In this document: positions 17,996 through 29,162 of the stretch, piece after piece | Layout: every line of letters starts with the position of its first letter | Numbering within the stretch: the stretch's first letter is position 1 | Assembly (NCBI GenBank): GCA_964607285.1 | Contig: CAZSJW010000001.1 | Span: 134,716-198,715 of the forward strand | Direction of reading: 5' to 3' | DNA length: 64,000 nucleotides | From: an uncultured Pseudomonadales bacterium | GTDB taxonomy: Bacteria > Patescibacteriota > Microgenomatia > UBA1400 > PJMF01 | The notes under the pieces: model-generated | Databases searched by the model: none | Told to the model about the DNA's origin: nothing | What the model saw: the letters and a program-made list of their open reading frames with translations, nothing else | Translations under genes and position numbers: made by a program

Positions 17996-19291
17996 ATGCA
18001 GATAACAGTTATAGGTACGGGGTTTGTTGGTGTAGTTTCAGCAGCTGTCTATGCTTCATTTGGTAATACTGTATACGGAATAGATATTGATGCTCAGAAA
18101 ATTGAGTCACTTCGTGCTAGCACTGTGCCATTTTATGAACCAGGCCTGCAAGAGTTATTACTTGAACAGCAAAAATCGGGTAATTTATCATTTACCACAA
18201 AGTATGAAGAGGCAGTACCTGCTTCTGAAGTCATTATCATTGCGGTTGGTACCCCATCTGCTGCTGATGGTGGCGCAGACTTGAAGTTTGTGTTGTCCGC
18301 AGCGCAATCAGCTGCAGAGCACTTACAAGAGAACGCAATTGTAGTGATTAAGTCGACTGTTCCCCCTGGCACACTACAAATAGTCGCTGCAGAACTTGCA
18401 AAGCACACACAAAAGAAATTCTTCATTGCTTCTTTGCCTGAGTTTTTACGTGAAGGGACAGCAGTTCACGATACGCTTCATCCAGATAGAATAGTGATCG
18501 GTACAGATGCACCTGAAGTTGCCGAAAAGCTATCAGAACTTCACAAGCAGCTAGCTGCACCAATTGTCATAACTAAACCCCAGTCTGCACAAATGGCAAA
18601 GTACGCTGCAAATGCTTACTTGGCATTACGTATCACCTTTATTAACCAGATAGCTGATTTATGCGAAAAAAATGGCGCAGATGTTGAGGAAGTTGTATCC
18701 GCTATTGGGTATGATAAAAGGATTGGCTCACATTACTGGTATCCAGGTCTTGGGTACGGTGGGTCATGTTTCCCTAAAGATGTGAAAGAACTCGCGCACT
18801 ACTCCAAACAGGTTGGTGAAAATGATAACTTGTTCATTAAGGTCAATGAACTGAACACAGATAGAATTCCCAGGTTGATGGACAGTTTTGGCAAAGAAGT
18901 TGGTGGATGGGAAGGAAAACAAGTTGCAGTCCTTGGTCTATCATTCAAGCCAAATACTGATGATATGAGGGAAGCACCTAGTCTTTCAGTTGTTCCAGCG
19001 CTACTGGCTGCGGGTGCAGTTGTTCGTGCCACAGATCCTAAAGCAATCGATGTAGCACGAGCTCAACTTCCTCCGTCGGATAGGCTCACTTTCTTGCAAA
19101 CTGTTTCAGAAGCGTGTATGGGAGCTGATGTGATCTTGCTTTTGATCGAGTGGCCCGAATATGTGACGCATGAGTATGGTAAGTATCGTTCAAACACAAC
19201 ACAGTGGTTTATTGACACAAGAAATCAGCTAGATCCAAAGGTTGTCACTGAGTGGGGTTACACCCACCGTGGAATAGGCAGAGGTGCATGA
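17996..19291 (+). CDS. ugd: UDP-glucose 6-dehydrogenase (nucleotide-sugar dehydrogenase family).
   Basis: MQITVIGTGFVGVVSA (Rossmann fold), the catalytic GGSCFPKD and a C-terminal UDP-binding domain. Confidence 0.85.
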   Translation: MQITVIGTGFVGVVSAAVYASFGNTVYGIDIDAQKIESLRASTVPFYEPGLQELLLEQQKSGNLSFTTKYEEAVPASEVIIIAVGTPSAADGGADLKFVLSAAQSAAEHLQENAIVVIKSTVPPGTLQIVAAELAKHTQKKFFIASLPEFLREGTAVHDTLHPDRIVIGTDAPEVAEKLSELHKQLAAPIVITKPQSAQMAKYAANAYLALRITFINQIADLCEKNGADVEEVVSAIGYDKRIGSHYWYPGLGYGGSCFPKDVKELAHYSKQVGENDNLFIKVNELNTDRIPRLMDSFGKEVGGWEGKQVAVLGLSFKPNTDDMREAPSLSVVPALLAAGAVVRATDPKAIDVARAQLPPSDRLTFLQTVSEACMGADVILLLIEWPEYVTHEYGKYRSNTTQWFIDTRNQLDPKVVTEWGYTHRGIGRGA

Positions 19292-20219
19292 GGTCATACT
19301 AATAACGGGTGGCACTGGGTTTGTGGGCACACACCTGATGCAGTTACTCGCCAAAAGGCAGAATGAGATTCACGTGACATCACTAAGTGGTGAGTCAGTT
19401 TCTGTCGGAGAAGTACAAGTACATCAAATTGATCTTTGTGACTCAGAAGCTACTAGAAGTTTGTTTGCCAAAATACAGCCAACTCAGGTGTATCACTTGG
19501 CATCTCTGGCTGCAGTTGGTTCGAGTTTTGGGCAGGCTGAAACCGTTCTTTCACAAAACACGAAGCTGCAGCTGTCTGTACTGGATGCGGTAGTAGCAGA
19601 GGCGAAGGAAGCACGGTTCCTTCACGTCAGTTCTGCAGAAGTATATGGTACAAGCTTGCCTGATGAATTGCCTATAACAGAACAGCATCCGTTTAGACCA
19701 TCAAACCCCTATGGTGTGTCTAAAGCCACTCAGGATTTATTGACAGGGTGCTATGCACAGATGTATGGTGTACAAGCGATTCGAGTTCGGCCGTTTAATC
19801 ATATCGGTGCAGGACAAAGTGCTGCATTTGCAGTACCAGCATTTGCTAAACAGTTAGTTGCTATTGAACGTGGAGCAGAACCAGTTTTGCAGGTGGGCAA
19901 TTTGCATGCTATTCGTGACTTTACTGATGTGGAAGATATTACTCGTGCATATGAGTTGCTCATGCAGGTAGGCGTACCTGGGGAGGTATACAATCTTGGT
20001 TCAGGCACAGGATATAGTATGCAAGATGTTTTAAACCAAATGATTGAAGTACTAGACATACCATTAGATATGCAAGTTGATCCAAAAAGACTGAGACCAC
20101 TTGATATTCCAGTCATGGTAGCAAATAATGCTAGGATGAGGGAACTGGGTTGGGAGCCAACTATTTCACTTTCAGAGTCACTTAGGCGTATTATTGAGTA
20201 TTGGAGATCACGACCATGA
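19284..20219 (+). CDS. NAD-dependent nucleotide-sugar epimerase/reductase, best guess GDP-4-keto-6-deoxy-D-mannose reductase (Rmd) or GDP-fucose synthase-like.
   Basis: [14 protein letters not shown] Rossmann fold and a [11 protein letters not shown] (YxxxK) motif. It lies immediately upstream of gmd, with a 4-bp overlap. Confidence 0.55.
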   Translation: MHEVILITGGTGFVGTHLMQLLAKRQNEIHVTSLSGESVSVGEVQVHQIDLCDSEATRSLFAKIQPTQVYHLASLAAVGSSFGQAETVLSQNTKLQLSVLDAVVAEAKEARFLHVSSAEVYGTSLPDELPITEQHPFRPSNPYGVSKATQDLLTGCYAQMYGVQAIRVRPFNHIGAGQSAAFAVPAFAKQLVAIERGAEPVLQVGNLHAIRDFTDVEDITRAYELLMQVGVPGEVYNLGSGTGYSMQDVLNQMIEVLDIPLDMQVDPKRLRPLDIPVMVANNARMRELGWEPTISLSESLRRIIEYWRSRP

Positions 20220-21193
20220 AAAAAGCATTTATAACAGGCATTACTGGACAAGATGGTTCATACCTGGCTGAGTTGTTGCTCGAGAAAGGCTATCAGGTGT
20301 TTGGTTTGACTCGTAGAACCAGCACTCAGAACTACGCCCGCATCGAGCACATTATGCGTGACCCAAACCTTGAGCTCATTTCAGGTGATCTGATTGATCA
20401 GCATTCAATTACTTTTGCTATACAGGACATACAGCCTGACGAGGTCTATAACCTTGCAGCACAGTCGTTCGTGCAAGCCAGCTGGGATCAACCAGTACTG
20501 ACTGGCGAGTTCACAGCTCTTGGTGTAGTTCGTGTCCTCGAGGCACTTAGACTTGCTTGCCCTGATGCAAAGTTTTATCAGGCTAGTTCAAGTGAGATGT
20601 TTGGCAAAGTTCAGGAAGTGCCACAAACCGAGCAGACCCCATTTTACCCAAGGTCTCCTTACGGTGTTGCTAAAGTGTATGGACACTGGATAACAGTGAA
20701 TTATAGGGAGTCTTTTGATATGTTTGCAGTTTCAGGCATACTGTTTAATCATGAATCTCCTAGACGAGGACTTGAGTTTGTGACTAGAAAAATTGCGAAT
20801 GCTGTTGCTCGGGTTAAGCTCAAAAAACAATCACACGTAGAACTGGGGAACCTCGATGCAAAACGAGACTGGGGGTATGCAAAAGATTATGTTGAAGCTA
20901 TGTGGATGATGTTGCAGCAAGATACTCCAGAGGACTTTGTAATTGCTACTGGGGAGACACACTCAGTAAAGGAATTTTTGCAACTGGCATGTGCTGCTGC
21001 TGGAATTCCTGATTGGGAGGCAATCTATAAGCATAATCCAAAGTATGATCGTCCTGCAGAAGTAGATTTACTGATAGGTGATCCCAGCAAAGCTAAGAAG
21101 ATGTTAGGTTGGCAGCCAACGGTGTCTTTCCAAGATCTAGTTACTCTAATGGTACAAGCCGAGCTTGAGTTAGAAAGCCAATCAGTCTCATGA
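20216..21193 (+). CDS. gmd: GDP-mannose 4,6-dehydratase.
   Basis: [31 protein letters not shown] plus the [10 protein letters not shown] and NHESPRRG motifs, all characteristic of Gmd. Confidence 0.9.
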   Translation: MKKAFITGITGQDGSYLAELLLEKGYQVFGLTRRTSTQNYARIEHIMRDPNLELISGDLIDQHSITFAIQDIQPDEVYNLAAQSFVQASWDQPVLTGEFTALGVVRVLEALRLACPDAKFYQASSSEMFGKVQEVPQTEQTPFYPRSPYGVAKVYGHWITVNYRESFDMFAVSGILFNHESPRRGLEFVTRKIANAVARVKLKKQSHVELGNLDAKRDWGYAKDYVEAMWMMLQQDTPEDFVIATGETHSVKEFLQLACAAAGIPDWEAIYKHNPKYDRPAEVDLLIGDPSKAKKMLGWQPTVSFQDLVTLMVQAELELESQSVS

Positions 21194-22368
21194 GTTCCCA
21201 AAAAAAAGCAATCATTATCATCCCAACCTTCAACGAGCGGGAAAACATTGGAAAAGTAATTCCACTACTTTTGGAAGAACGAGAACATGTAGCTAAGGAT
21301 TGGAATCTACAGGTACTAGTTGTTGACGACACTTCGCCAGATAAGACTTATGAAGTGGTTGAGGAATTGACTAAGAAATATAAGGGAGTACTGCACTTGT
21401 TAGTGAATCCAAAAAAATCAGGTTTGGGTGGTGCGTATCTTAAGGGTATGGCAATGGCATTTGATGAATTGGGTGCAGACGCTGTTTTTGAGTTTGATGC
21501 TGATTTATCCCATGATCCAACAAAAATTCCACTATTTTTGCAGGCTTTGGATCAAGGTGCTGATATGGTACTTGGTTCTCGATACATACCAGGTGGATCT
21601 ATTCCTCAAGATTGGGGATTACACCGAAAGTTTCTAAGTGTGGTAGGGAACATCGTGATTGCAATTGTTTTTACTAACTTTTCTGTTCGTGACTGGACAA
21701 GCGGGTATCGTGCTATCACTAAGGAAGTGTACGATGCTGTGCACCCAGAGTTGCATTCTGAAAGATTCTCTGGGTATACTTTCCAAATTGGTTTCTTACA
21801 TACTGCCATCAGAAAAGGTTTTAAGGTTTTTGAAGTTCCGTTTCATTTTATTGATCGAACTATAGGTACTTCAAAAATCGGACCAGAGTATATAAAAAAC
21901 AATCTTATGTATATTTTTAAAGTACGGGCAAAAGAGATATATCAGCACCGTGTTTTTCGATTTGCCTTTGTGGGCGGAATTGGTGCCGTAATCCAGTTGT
22001 TGTCATTGGCACTGTATAGAATGATATTGCCAGATTTTGCAGTTTCTGTCCTGACAAGCTTTATGCTGGCTACATTTCTGAGTATTGAGACAGCAATAGT
22101 ATCAAATTTCTTGATCAACAATGTTTGGACGTTTAGCGATAAGAAGCTTTCAGGTGCAGCACTGCCTTGGAAATTTCTGCAGTTCAACCTGGCTTCGTTT
22201 GGTTCAATTCTGATTCAACTAGTAGTTGCGGCACTCGGAGAGTTACTTATAGGTATTAGACCTCTTTTTATTATTGATACTGGGACTATCTTTGCAGTTG
22301 TAGGAATATTGATCGGGATGTTTTGGAACTTTTTTGCTTATACCCGATTGATATGGAAAACCAAGTAA
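21190..22368 (+). CDS. GT2 polyprenyl-phosphate sugar synthase (Dpm1/Ppm1-like) fused to a C-terminal GtrA-like four-TM domain.
   Basis: [12 protein letters not shown]...[10 protein letters not shown]...DADLSHDP (GT-A fold, DXD) is followed by four hydrophobic helices typical of GtrA. Confidence 0.7.
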   Translation: MSSQKKAIIIIPTFNERENIGKVIPLLLEEREHVAKDWNLQVLVVDDTSPDKTYEVVEELTKKYKGVLHLLVNPKKSGLGGAYLKGMAMAFDELGADAVFEFDADLSHDPTKIPLFLQALDQGADMVLGSRYIPGGSIPQDWGLHRKFLSVVGNIVIAIVFTNFSVRDWTSGYRAITKEVYDAVHPELHSERFSGYTFQIGFLHTAIRKGFKVFEVPFHFIDRTIGTSKIGPEYIKNNLMYIFKVRAKEIYQHRVFRFAFVGGIGAVIQLLSLALYRMILPDFAVSVLTSFMLATFLSIETAIVSNFLINNVWTFSDKKLSGAALPWKFLQFNLASFGSILIQLVVAALGELLIGIRPLFIIDTGTIFAVVGILIGMFWNFFAYTRLIWKTK

Positions 22369-22372
22369 GGGT

Positions 22373-23941
22373 ATGCTGTTATTTAGTCACTGGCTCTCAG
22401 AGAGTAAAAAAACAATCAGACTCTGGCGATTTCAAGACTGGGCAGTGCTGATTACGATTCTATTTGGTTCATTTTTTCGTTTATATAATCTTGCTGACTC
22501 TTTGCAGTTTTTAGGCGACCAGGGAAGAGACGCCTTAGTTGTGGCGAGAATTTTTAAAGAGTTTGATCCTGTCTTTATTGGACCTGTAACGTCTGTTGGG
22601 AACATGTACTTGGGTCCATTGTATTACTACTTCATGGTACCTTGGCTTTGGCTCAGCTATCCAAGTCCTCTGGGTCCGCAATATGCTATCGCATTTGTGG
22701 GCATTTTGACAAATTGGTTAGTGTGGGTATTGGGAAAACGGATGGTAGGAAAAGTTCCTGCTGCTATTGCTGCTGCTTTATTTGCGTTTTCGCATGTTGT
22801 TGTAGAGTACACAAGGTTCAGCTGGAATCCTAATCCTATTCCCTTGGTTTCCTTACTAATGATGTACAGTACGTTCCGCGCATACAAAGGCGCGTATTGG
22901 CATTGGGCATTGGTTGGGCTGTACGGAAGTGTGATTTTGCAACTACACTACATGGCTGCTTTGACGGGAATAGCTGCTCTGTTAGTTTGGTTGTACCAGT
23001 TTTGGAAAGCCCGTACTGATCGAAAGGCCGTAAATGAAATGGTGAAGTATGCCGTATTAGCAGGATTTATTTTGGTTTTATCATTCACGCCACTTGCCTT
23101 GTTCGATTATAGAAATGGGTGGATAAATACTAAAGCGTTCAGTGAATTAGTAACTGGCTCTGAGAATTTTGGTGCAGCTGTAGAGTCTGATCAAGTGAGT
23201 GAAATCATACAGACTTTGAAGGAGTCACACGGTCGGAGTATGCACATTTTATTTGAAGTGTTCATTGGGAAGCAGAGAACTCTCAACACTGCACTTGTGG
23301 CATTATACCTATTCATAACTTCAGGAGTACTATTGTCTAAAAAAGGCAGAACTGTGCTCAAAGATGCTCCTGGTTTGCTGATTGTGTTAGTGTGGTTTTT
23401 TATTGGTGTGTTTGGAACAAGTGTGTATAAACATACGGTCTTTGATCACTACATAGGATTTGAGTACCCAGTTGCAGCACTGCTCTCAGGTTTTGTCTTG
23501 TACCAGCTAGTTAAGCTGCATAGAGTTATGGTTGCTTTAGTGTTGGCTGGGCTTTGTATGTTTGTTGTTTACAATGTTCCAAAGATGCCACTGAATAGTG
23601 CAGGATGGTCAATATATGATATGGAGCATGTCTCAATGGCAATTGCTGACAAAGTTGCTTTAGGTGAAAAATACAACATCGTGCTTTTCTCACACTCAAA
23701 AGATTTGTATGGCATGAACTATAGATATTATTTGGAGACTACAAAAAAGCAGCCAGTTAGAGAGCAGAACTGGACAGAAGCCGATACTCTTTTTGTCATT
23801 GATGAGGAACGAACTGGTCGTGATGTGTTATCAGCCCCTGTCCACGAAATTGTGACATTTCCTAGCAAACAGCCTGTAGATATGTTTGAGATTGATGGAG
23901 TACAAGTTTGGGTTTTGCGCGCACCAAAAACTCAAGATTAA
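22373..23941 (+). CDS. GT-C superfamily membrane glycosyltransferase, ArnT/PMT-like (COG1807-type).
   Basis: About 11 predicted TM helices. The first-loop acidic motif LGDQGRDALVVAR sits in the position of the ArnT/PMT DE motif. Confidence 0.5.
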   Translation: MLLFSHWLSESKKTIRLWRFQDWAVLITILFGSFFRLYNLADSLQFLGDQGRDALVVARIFKEFDPVFIGPVTSVGNMYLGPLYYYFMVPWLWLSYPSPLGPQYAIAFVGILTNWLVWVLGKRMVGKVPAAIAAALFAFSHVVVEYTRFSWNPNPIPLVSLLMMYSTFRAYKGAYWHWALVGLYGSVILQLHYMAALTGIAALLVWLYQFWKARTDRKAVNEMVKYAVLAGFILVLSFTPLALFDYRNGWINTKAFSELVTGSENFGAAVESDQVSEIIQTLKESHGRSMHILFEVFIGKQRTLNTALVALYLFITSGVLLSKKGRTVLKDAPGLLIVLVWFFIGVFGTSVYKHTVFDHYIGFEYPVAALLSGFVLYQLVKLHRVMVALVLAGLCMFVVYNVPKMPLNSAGWSIYDMEHVSMAIADKVALGEKYNIVLFSHSKDLYGMNYRYYLETTKKQPVREQNWTEADTLFVIDEERTGRDVLSAPVHEIVTFPSKQPVDMFEIDGVQVWVLRAPKTQD

Positions 23942-23960
23942 TTTGGTGTATGATACTGTT

Positions 23961-24716
23961 ATGCAACCATTTCTCTCTGTAGTAATACCTTCTTACAACG
24001 AATCAAAAAACATGGAGTCAGGTGCCCTGAATGAAGTTGTAGAGTATTTGGCAAAACAAAAGTACAGTTGGGAGCTGATATTGAGTGATGATGGATCTAC
24101 TGATGGTACGCTGGTGCTCCTGCAGCAATTTTCACAAAAACATGCCCATATAAAGGTACTGCATAACAAGCACGCAGGGAAAGCGCCAACTGTTCGTAGT
24201 GGCATGTTGCTGGCTAAGGGTAAGTGGCGATTATTCACTGACTTTGATCAATCCACGCCAATTTCTGAAGTTGAAAAGCTGTTTGAGGGAACTAAAGAGG
24301 GATATGACGTTATTATTGGATCTCGAGAGATGGTGGGGGCATTGCGGGATGCCGAGCCGTGGTATAGAAGGTTAATGGGCAGAGGTTTCAATATTCTTGT
24401 ACAAATAATTGCGGTACCAGGAATTCTTGATACACAATGTGGGTTCAAGTTGTTCTCACAAGAGGCCACGGAAACGCTGTTTAATCACTTGGTGGTGTAT
24501 GGAACTGATTCAGAGAGATCAGATGCATTTACAGGTGCTTTTGATGTCGAACTGCTTTTTTTGGCAATTAGACATGGTTTTAAGATCAAGGAAGTGCCAA
24601 TTCTTTGGAAGCATGCGGAGTCAAACAGAGTGAGTCCAATTAAGGACTCACTACGGATGTTTAGAGATATCCTGAGAATTCGTTTTGCTGCTACTCGAGG
24701 AGAGTACCATGGATAA
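23961..24716 (+). CDS. GT2 glycosyltransferase, GtrB/Dpg1-like polyprenyl-phosphate glycosyltransferase.
   Basis: LSVVIPSYNESKNM...ILSDDGSTDGT...FTDFDQS. Confidence 0.7.
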   Translation: MQPFLSVVIPSYNESKNMESGALNEVVEYLAKQKYSWELILSDDGSTDGTLVLLQQFSQKHAHIKVLHNKHAGKAPTVRSGMLLAKGKWRLFTDFDQSTPISEVEKLFEGTKEGYDVIIGSREMVGALRDAEPWYRRLMGRGFNILVQIIAVPGILDTQCGFKLFSQEATETLFNHLVVYGTDSERSDAFTGAFDVELLFLAIRHGFKIKEVPILWKHAESNRVSPIKDSLRMFRDILRIRFAATRGEYHG

Positions 24717-26010
24717 ACTGCAGCTAAGGATTCTTTGGTTGCTGCTGAGTGTACTGTTTGTTTTGTATAGTTTTTACGCAGTGTGGAGTTATAGTCTTAC
24801 CGATCCTAATTTAGTTTTTACTAGCTGGCAACCGTACTGGCAGGCACAGCAGTGGTTGTGGCAGTCCATATATGCAAATGCTCAATTGCAATCGGCTTTG
24901 TATGTAGTCTTGCTGTTAGGAATATGGGTAGTCTATGGATTAATTGTGCACCAGCTGGCATCTCATTTTCGCAGTGTGCTCATGCAACCCAAGCATTGGT
25001 TAGTAATTTTGGCTGTTGCAACTCCCTTGGTCATATCCTACAACGCTCTTTCACATGATATTTTTAATTACATCTTTAATGCCCGCATGATTATCCAGTA
25101 TGGTGCTGATCCACATGTACAGACTGCGCTCAAGTTTGTTTCTGATCCATGGGTACGGTTTATGCATAACACGCACACAGTTGCTCCGTATGGGTATGGC
25201 TGGACAGCAATAACTATTATTCCCTACTTGCTTGGGTTTGGTAAGTTCACAGTAACTTGGATTCTGTTCAAACTTTCTGCGGCACTCAGTTTACTCTTGT
25301 TAGCTGCAAGTACGAATTGGCTCTCAGTTCAGGTTCGTAAGCAACCACTAAGTTGGCCAGAAGTTGGTTTGCTTTTTCTGAATCCATTACTTTTGATTGA
25401 AGTGCTAGGTAATGCGCATAATGATCTGTGGATGATGGCCCCTGCACTAGTAGCAGTGGGAATAGCACTGCGTTTTGGGACAAAGAAACTTGGTTGGTTA
25501 TTTGGACTAATTTTGACTTCAGTGAGTGTCAAGTACGCTACTTTGGTACTTCTTCCAGCGTTTATTCTTATCTTATATGCAGAGAACATTTGGGAGAGAC
25601 TTCGTAGTAGATTACTGCTTCGCTTACCAATGCAGCTGCTTGTTCCACTTATCGAAAGATTGATCGGTGATAGGGTACGCAAAAATATTGTGGGAATAAC
25701 TGCAACTGCTGCTGCAATTTTACTTTTGTTGCCACTGCTCACGAGTAGATCTCAGCAATTTCATCCTTGGTACTTACTTTGGAGTTTGGTTTGGTTACCA
25801 TTTATTTCAGTGCGATTTGTAAAAGTTTTATTAGTTTCTTTCAGTATTAGTTCTTTGTTTAGGTACGTGCCTTGGATATATACTGGTGGTTTTGCGGGTG
25901 AAACAGTATCGCAACAACAGCTTGTCACTTTGGTAGGAGGAATGGTTGGAATGTTGCTTTGGTTTGCTTGGAGTAGTGTACGAATGAGGAGTAAGAGGTC
26001 AATTATTTAG
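24708..26010 (+). CDS. Polytopic membrane protein, putative GT-C (DUF2029/GT87-like) glycosyltransferase.
   Basis: At least 10 TM helices. Sits inside the glycosylation cluster. No soluble domain. Confidence 0.4.
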
Positions 26011-26014
26011 CAGT

Positions 26015-27580
26015 ATGAAAAAAATGCAGGTATTTGTACTACTATTTCTTCTTGGGTATGCTGCCACGCATTTGTATGGTTTGACAGCATTGCCGATTTT
26101 TGCAGATGAGGCAATATACATCCGATGGTCACAGTTGATTATTGATGATTGGCAACAGTATGTATTCTTTCCACTAAATGATGGTAAAACACCATTGCTT
26201 ATGTGGTTACAGGTGCCTTTTCTATTGGTAATTCGAGATCAACTACTGGCAGCTAGGTTATTGTCAGTACTAGTTGGTTTGTTGCAGGCAGGCGTTCTTT
26301 TTGCCTTTACTAGAAGAATTGGTGGTGGACGAATAGCTGCTGCACTTAGCGCAGTGCAAGTTGCTATTTTGCCGTACTGGTATTTTCATCATCGCATGGC
26401 ATTGATAGATGGACTTCTCACCTTGTTGGTCTCAGTTGTGGTGTGGCTTACTTGGGAAGCATTTATAAGAGTTTATATAGTTACTCCAAGCTCGCTTAGT
26501 TGGCACCAGCTGAAAAAGCTCTCCAAAGACAAATTGTTTTTGTTCACTACACTTGCTGCTGGTTTAAGTTTTGCTGCTGCATTGTTGACTAAATTACCGG
26601 CTGTGTTGCTAATTCCATCTCTGCTTTTATTTGCGGTTATTTCGGGAAAGAGTACTGTAGAGAAACTAGTGCAACTCGGAACGATAGTGGCCATTACGGT
26701 TCTTGGGTATGGCGTCTTCCTCACTCAAGCGCTGCACCCCGCTTTTCCACAGCTATTTTCTAGGGGTGGTGACTTTCTCTTTCCCATTTCACAGTTTTTG
26801 TCTGGTGGCGTTCTTCAGCAGACTCTTCCGAGTGTGCCAAACTACGTCTCGTACTTTGTTCAGTATGCTACGGCACCATTCTTGATTTTTCTAGCACTTG
26901 GTCTGTTCTATGGAAAACACAAACGGTGGGTGCACACCCTATTTTGGTTGGGTGTTGTATTTTTAGCACCGATGCTAGTGTTGGGAAAAGTGGTCTACCC
27001 CAGGTATTTGCTACCTGCAATGCTCTTTTTTACACCTGCCGTAAGTTTAGCGATAGAAGGCAGTATAGTTGTGCTTAGAAAGAAAGCGTTGCAGCCTGTC
27101 ACCATCTTTTTTGTTGTTTCAGTTGTTTTACTCTGTGCGAACATTGCAAACCTTTCAGCACAGTTTATGCTGCCTGCACTGTTTCAGCCAAACCAAATAC
27201 CGTTTGTTTCTTCTGATAAAGAACAATACTTACTTGAATGGTCATCTGGACATGGCATACTGGAAACTGTAGAGCTTGTTGCTTCAGCTGCACAGAGTAA
27301 ACGTATTGCAGTAGCCACAGAGGGTTACTTTGGTACGCTGCCAGATGCTCTACTAGTCTACTTTTTCACGAGGTCAGTAGAGAACATTTCAATTGACGGC
27401 ATTGGTCAGCCTGTACAAGAAATTCCTCAAGAGTTTTTACAAAAAAGCCAGTCTGCAGATGAACGCTGGCTGGTGGTAAACAGTCATCGATTGCAACTGG
27501 CCAATCCAGGTACCCTCTTGGCTGAGTACTGCAGACCATTCGGTGCTCCTTGTTTGCAAGTATGGCGACTCAATGAGTAA
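26015..27580 (+). CDS. GT-C membrane glycosyltransferase, ArnT/PMT-like.
   Basis: Multi-TM protein with the first-loop motif PIFADEAIYIRWSQ (DE motif) and a C-terminal soluble domain. Confidence 0.5.
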   Translation: MKKMQVFVLLFLLGYAATHLYGLTALPIFADEAIYIRWSQLIIDDWQQYVFFPLNDGKTPLLMWLQVPFLLVIRDQLLAARLLSVLVGLLQAGVLFAFTRRIGGGRIAAALSAVQVAILPYWYFHHRMALIDGLLTLLVSVVVWLTWEAFIRVYIVTPSSLSWHQLKKLSKDKLFLFTTLAAGLSFAAALLTKLPAVLLIPSLLLFAVISGKSTVEKLVQLGTIVAITVLGYGVFLTQALHPAFPQLFSRGGDFLFPISQFLSGGVLQQTLPSVPNYVSYFVQYATAPFLIFLALGLFYGKHKRWVHTLFWLGVVFLAPMLVLGKVVYPRYLLPAMLFFTPAVSLAIEGSIVVLRKKALQPVTIFFVVSVVLLCANIANLSAQFMLPALFQPNQIPFVSSDKEQYLLEWSSGHGILETVELVASAAQSKRIAVATEGYFGTLPDALLVYFFTRSVENISIDGIGQPVQEIPQEFLQKSQSADERWLVVNSHRLQLANPGTLLAEYCRPFGAPCLQVWRLNE

Positions 27581-27628
27581 TGATGACACATTTCACCGTT
27601 ACTTTTTACTCTATACAATGCAGCTGTT

Positions 27629-28366
27629 GTGCAAAGAATTGTGTTGATTATACTGCACCTGCCCATATTTCAGTCGCTTCGAGTGCTTTTGGGTTTTAGT
27701 GTTCAAGAGTTAGTGTGGTTACCTAGCTACACTTTGATGAGAGGTGAGTTCTTTCGGCATGCCATGAGTACTCCAATAACAGTTTTAGCTGGTTGCATTG
27801 ACGCCTCGATTCAGAGTACACCTCAAAACAAATCAACACTTTTGCAGGCAAGGGAAGTGTGCAGATCTGTGGAACGGCTGGTAAAAAAACTGACAGTGCC
27901 AGCAGAGCAAGATGAAGCATTTGAGGTACATTCAGCAACCAAAGAATGCATCCGTGTCTGCAAAGTACTGCACCCAGAAGCAATTATAACTTTACAGTCC
28001 GCACACTCCACCGCTCTGACTCTGAGTGGTAGCGCAATTCATTGGCAAGAGGCACTAAGTTGTGCCATTACTAATGCGTTAGAAGCATATGGGTATACTG
28101 CAACATTTCGGCCTGTCACAGTGCTTGTGTATCAGGATGCTGAAACACTGCGTCTTGAAATTATTGATTGTGCCTCAGGTATGTCAGCACTGAGGAGAAT
28201 GATAGTAAGACTTCCTGGAATTACGGCAAAACGAGCTGGCTCTGGTTTGGGTTTACCATTCGTACAGTATGTGGTCTGTGATTTGTTTAGTGGATTAGTA
28301 GAAATAGAGAGTAGCCCAGGGCGGGGGACAAGAATGAGGTGGGTTATCCCAATTATTGATCAGTGA
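27629..28366 (+). CDS. Histidine-kinase-like ATPase (HATPase_c). It is cytoplasmic, with no TM or sensor region and a degenerate phosphoacceptor region.
   Basis: N box ITNALEAY, G1 IIDCASGM and G2 GSGLGL are present. No hydrophobic segment. Confidence 0.55.
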   Translation: MQRIVLIILHLPIFQSLRVLLGFSVQELVWLPSYTLMRGEFFRHAMSTPITVLAGCIDASIQSTPQNKSTLLQAREVCRSVERLVKKLTVPAEQDEAFEVHSATKECIRVCKVLHPEAIITLQSAHSTALTLSGSAIHWQEALSCAITNALEAYGYTATFRPVTVLVYQDAETLRLEIIDCASGMSALRRMIVRLPGITAKRAGSGLGLPFVQYVVCDLFSGLVEIESSPGRGTRMRWVIPIIDQ

Positions 28367-29060
28367 TGCTATACCCAAAGCCACGAGATGTTTTGATTAA
28401 ACCTGAATGTGCACCAAGTTTACTCCTGATTCGGCGAATGTAAACATCAAGGGTACTTGTGGTAGGCTGATCAGATTGGCCTTGCCAGACGTAATTTATA
28501 ATATTCGTACGAGAGATAACTTGATTCTTGTGACGGCAGAGACACTGCAGTATTGCAGCTTCCATTTTTCTGAGTTTTATAGCTGTGTGTTCGTATACTA
28601 TCGTGCCGCTTTCTGGAAAGTATCGAATTGGACCACAGACAGTACTTTCTTGCTCCAGTACCTTTTCGCTGTATAAAAGACGTTTTATTTTGAGTTCAAG
28701 CTCTTTTAATGAAAATGGCTTTGGTAGATAATCGTCAATACCTACAGATAGTCCTTGGATACGGTCAGGAGTTGTCCCGAGAGTGCTAATACAGAGTGTG
28801 CGCATGGTAAAAAAGGCTTCATGAACATATGTAGCTAATTCAAGACCGTCACCGTCAGGTAAGAGCCGATCAAGTATGATGAGATCGGGCCTTTTTCTCT
28901 CAAGAAGTAAGTAGCCATCAGTTAGTGAAGTTGCTAGATAACAGTTGCACTTAAGGGATTTCACCAGTTGCTCTAGCTGATGCAGTAACTGTTTGTCATT
29001 TTCAAGTATTAATATTGATTTCATTTGAGTAGTATCTACCCTCAAAATCATGAAAACCAT
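28353..29060 (-). CDS. OmpR/PhoB-family response regulator (REC domain plus winged-helix DNA-binding domain).
   Basis: ILILENDKQLL...DLIILDRLLPDGDGLEL...LPKPFSLKELELKIKRLL, followed by the wHTH VYIRRIRSKLG...GFGY. Confidence 0.8.
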   Translation of the reverse strand: MVFMILRVDTTQMKSILILENDKQLLHQLEQLVKSLKCNCYLATSLTDGYLLLERKRPDLIILDRLLPDGDGLELATYVHEAFFTMRTLCISTLGTTPDRIQGLSVGIDDYLPKPFSLKELELKIKRLLYSEKVLEQESTVCGPIRYFPESGTIVYEHTAIKLRKMEAAILQCLCRHKNQVISRTNIINYVWQGQSDQPTTSTLDVYIRRIRSKLGAHSGLIKTSRGFGYSITDQ

Positions 29061-29162
29061 GTGTCACTGTGATGTATTGTTTTGTGATTTCTGATTCACT
29101 CTAGCTTGGAAGTGCTCTGATTCATCTAGTAAAAATAAGCCAGATATAGGTATACTCATACT

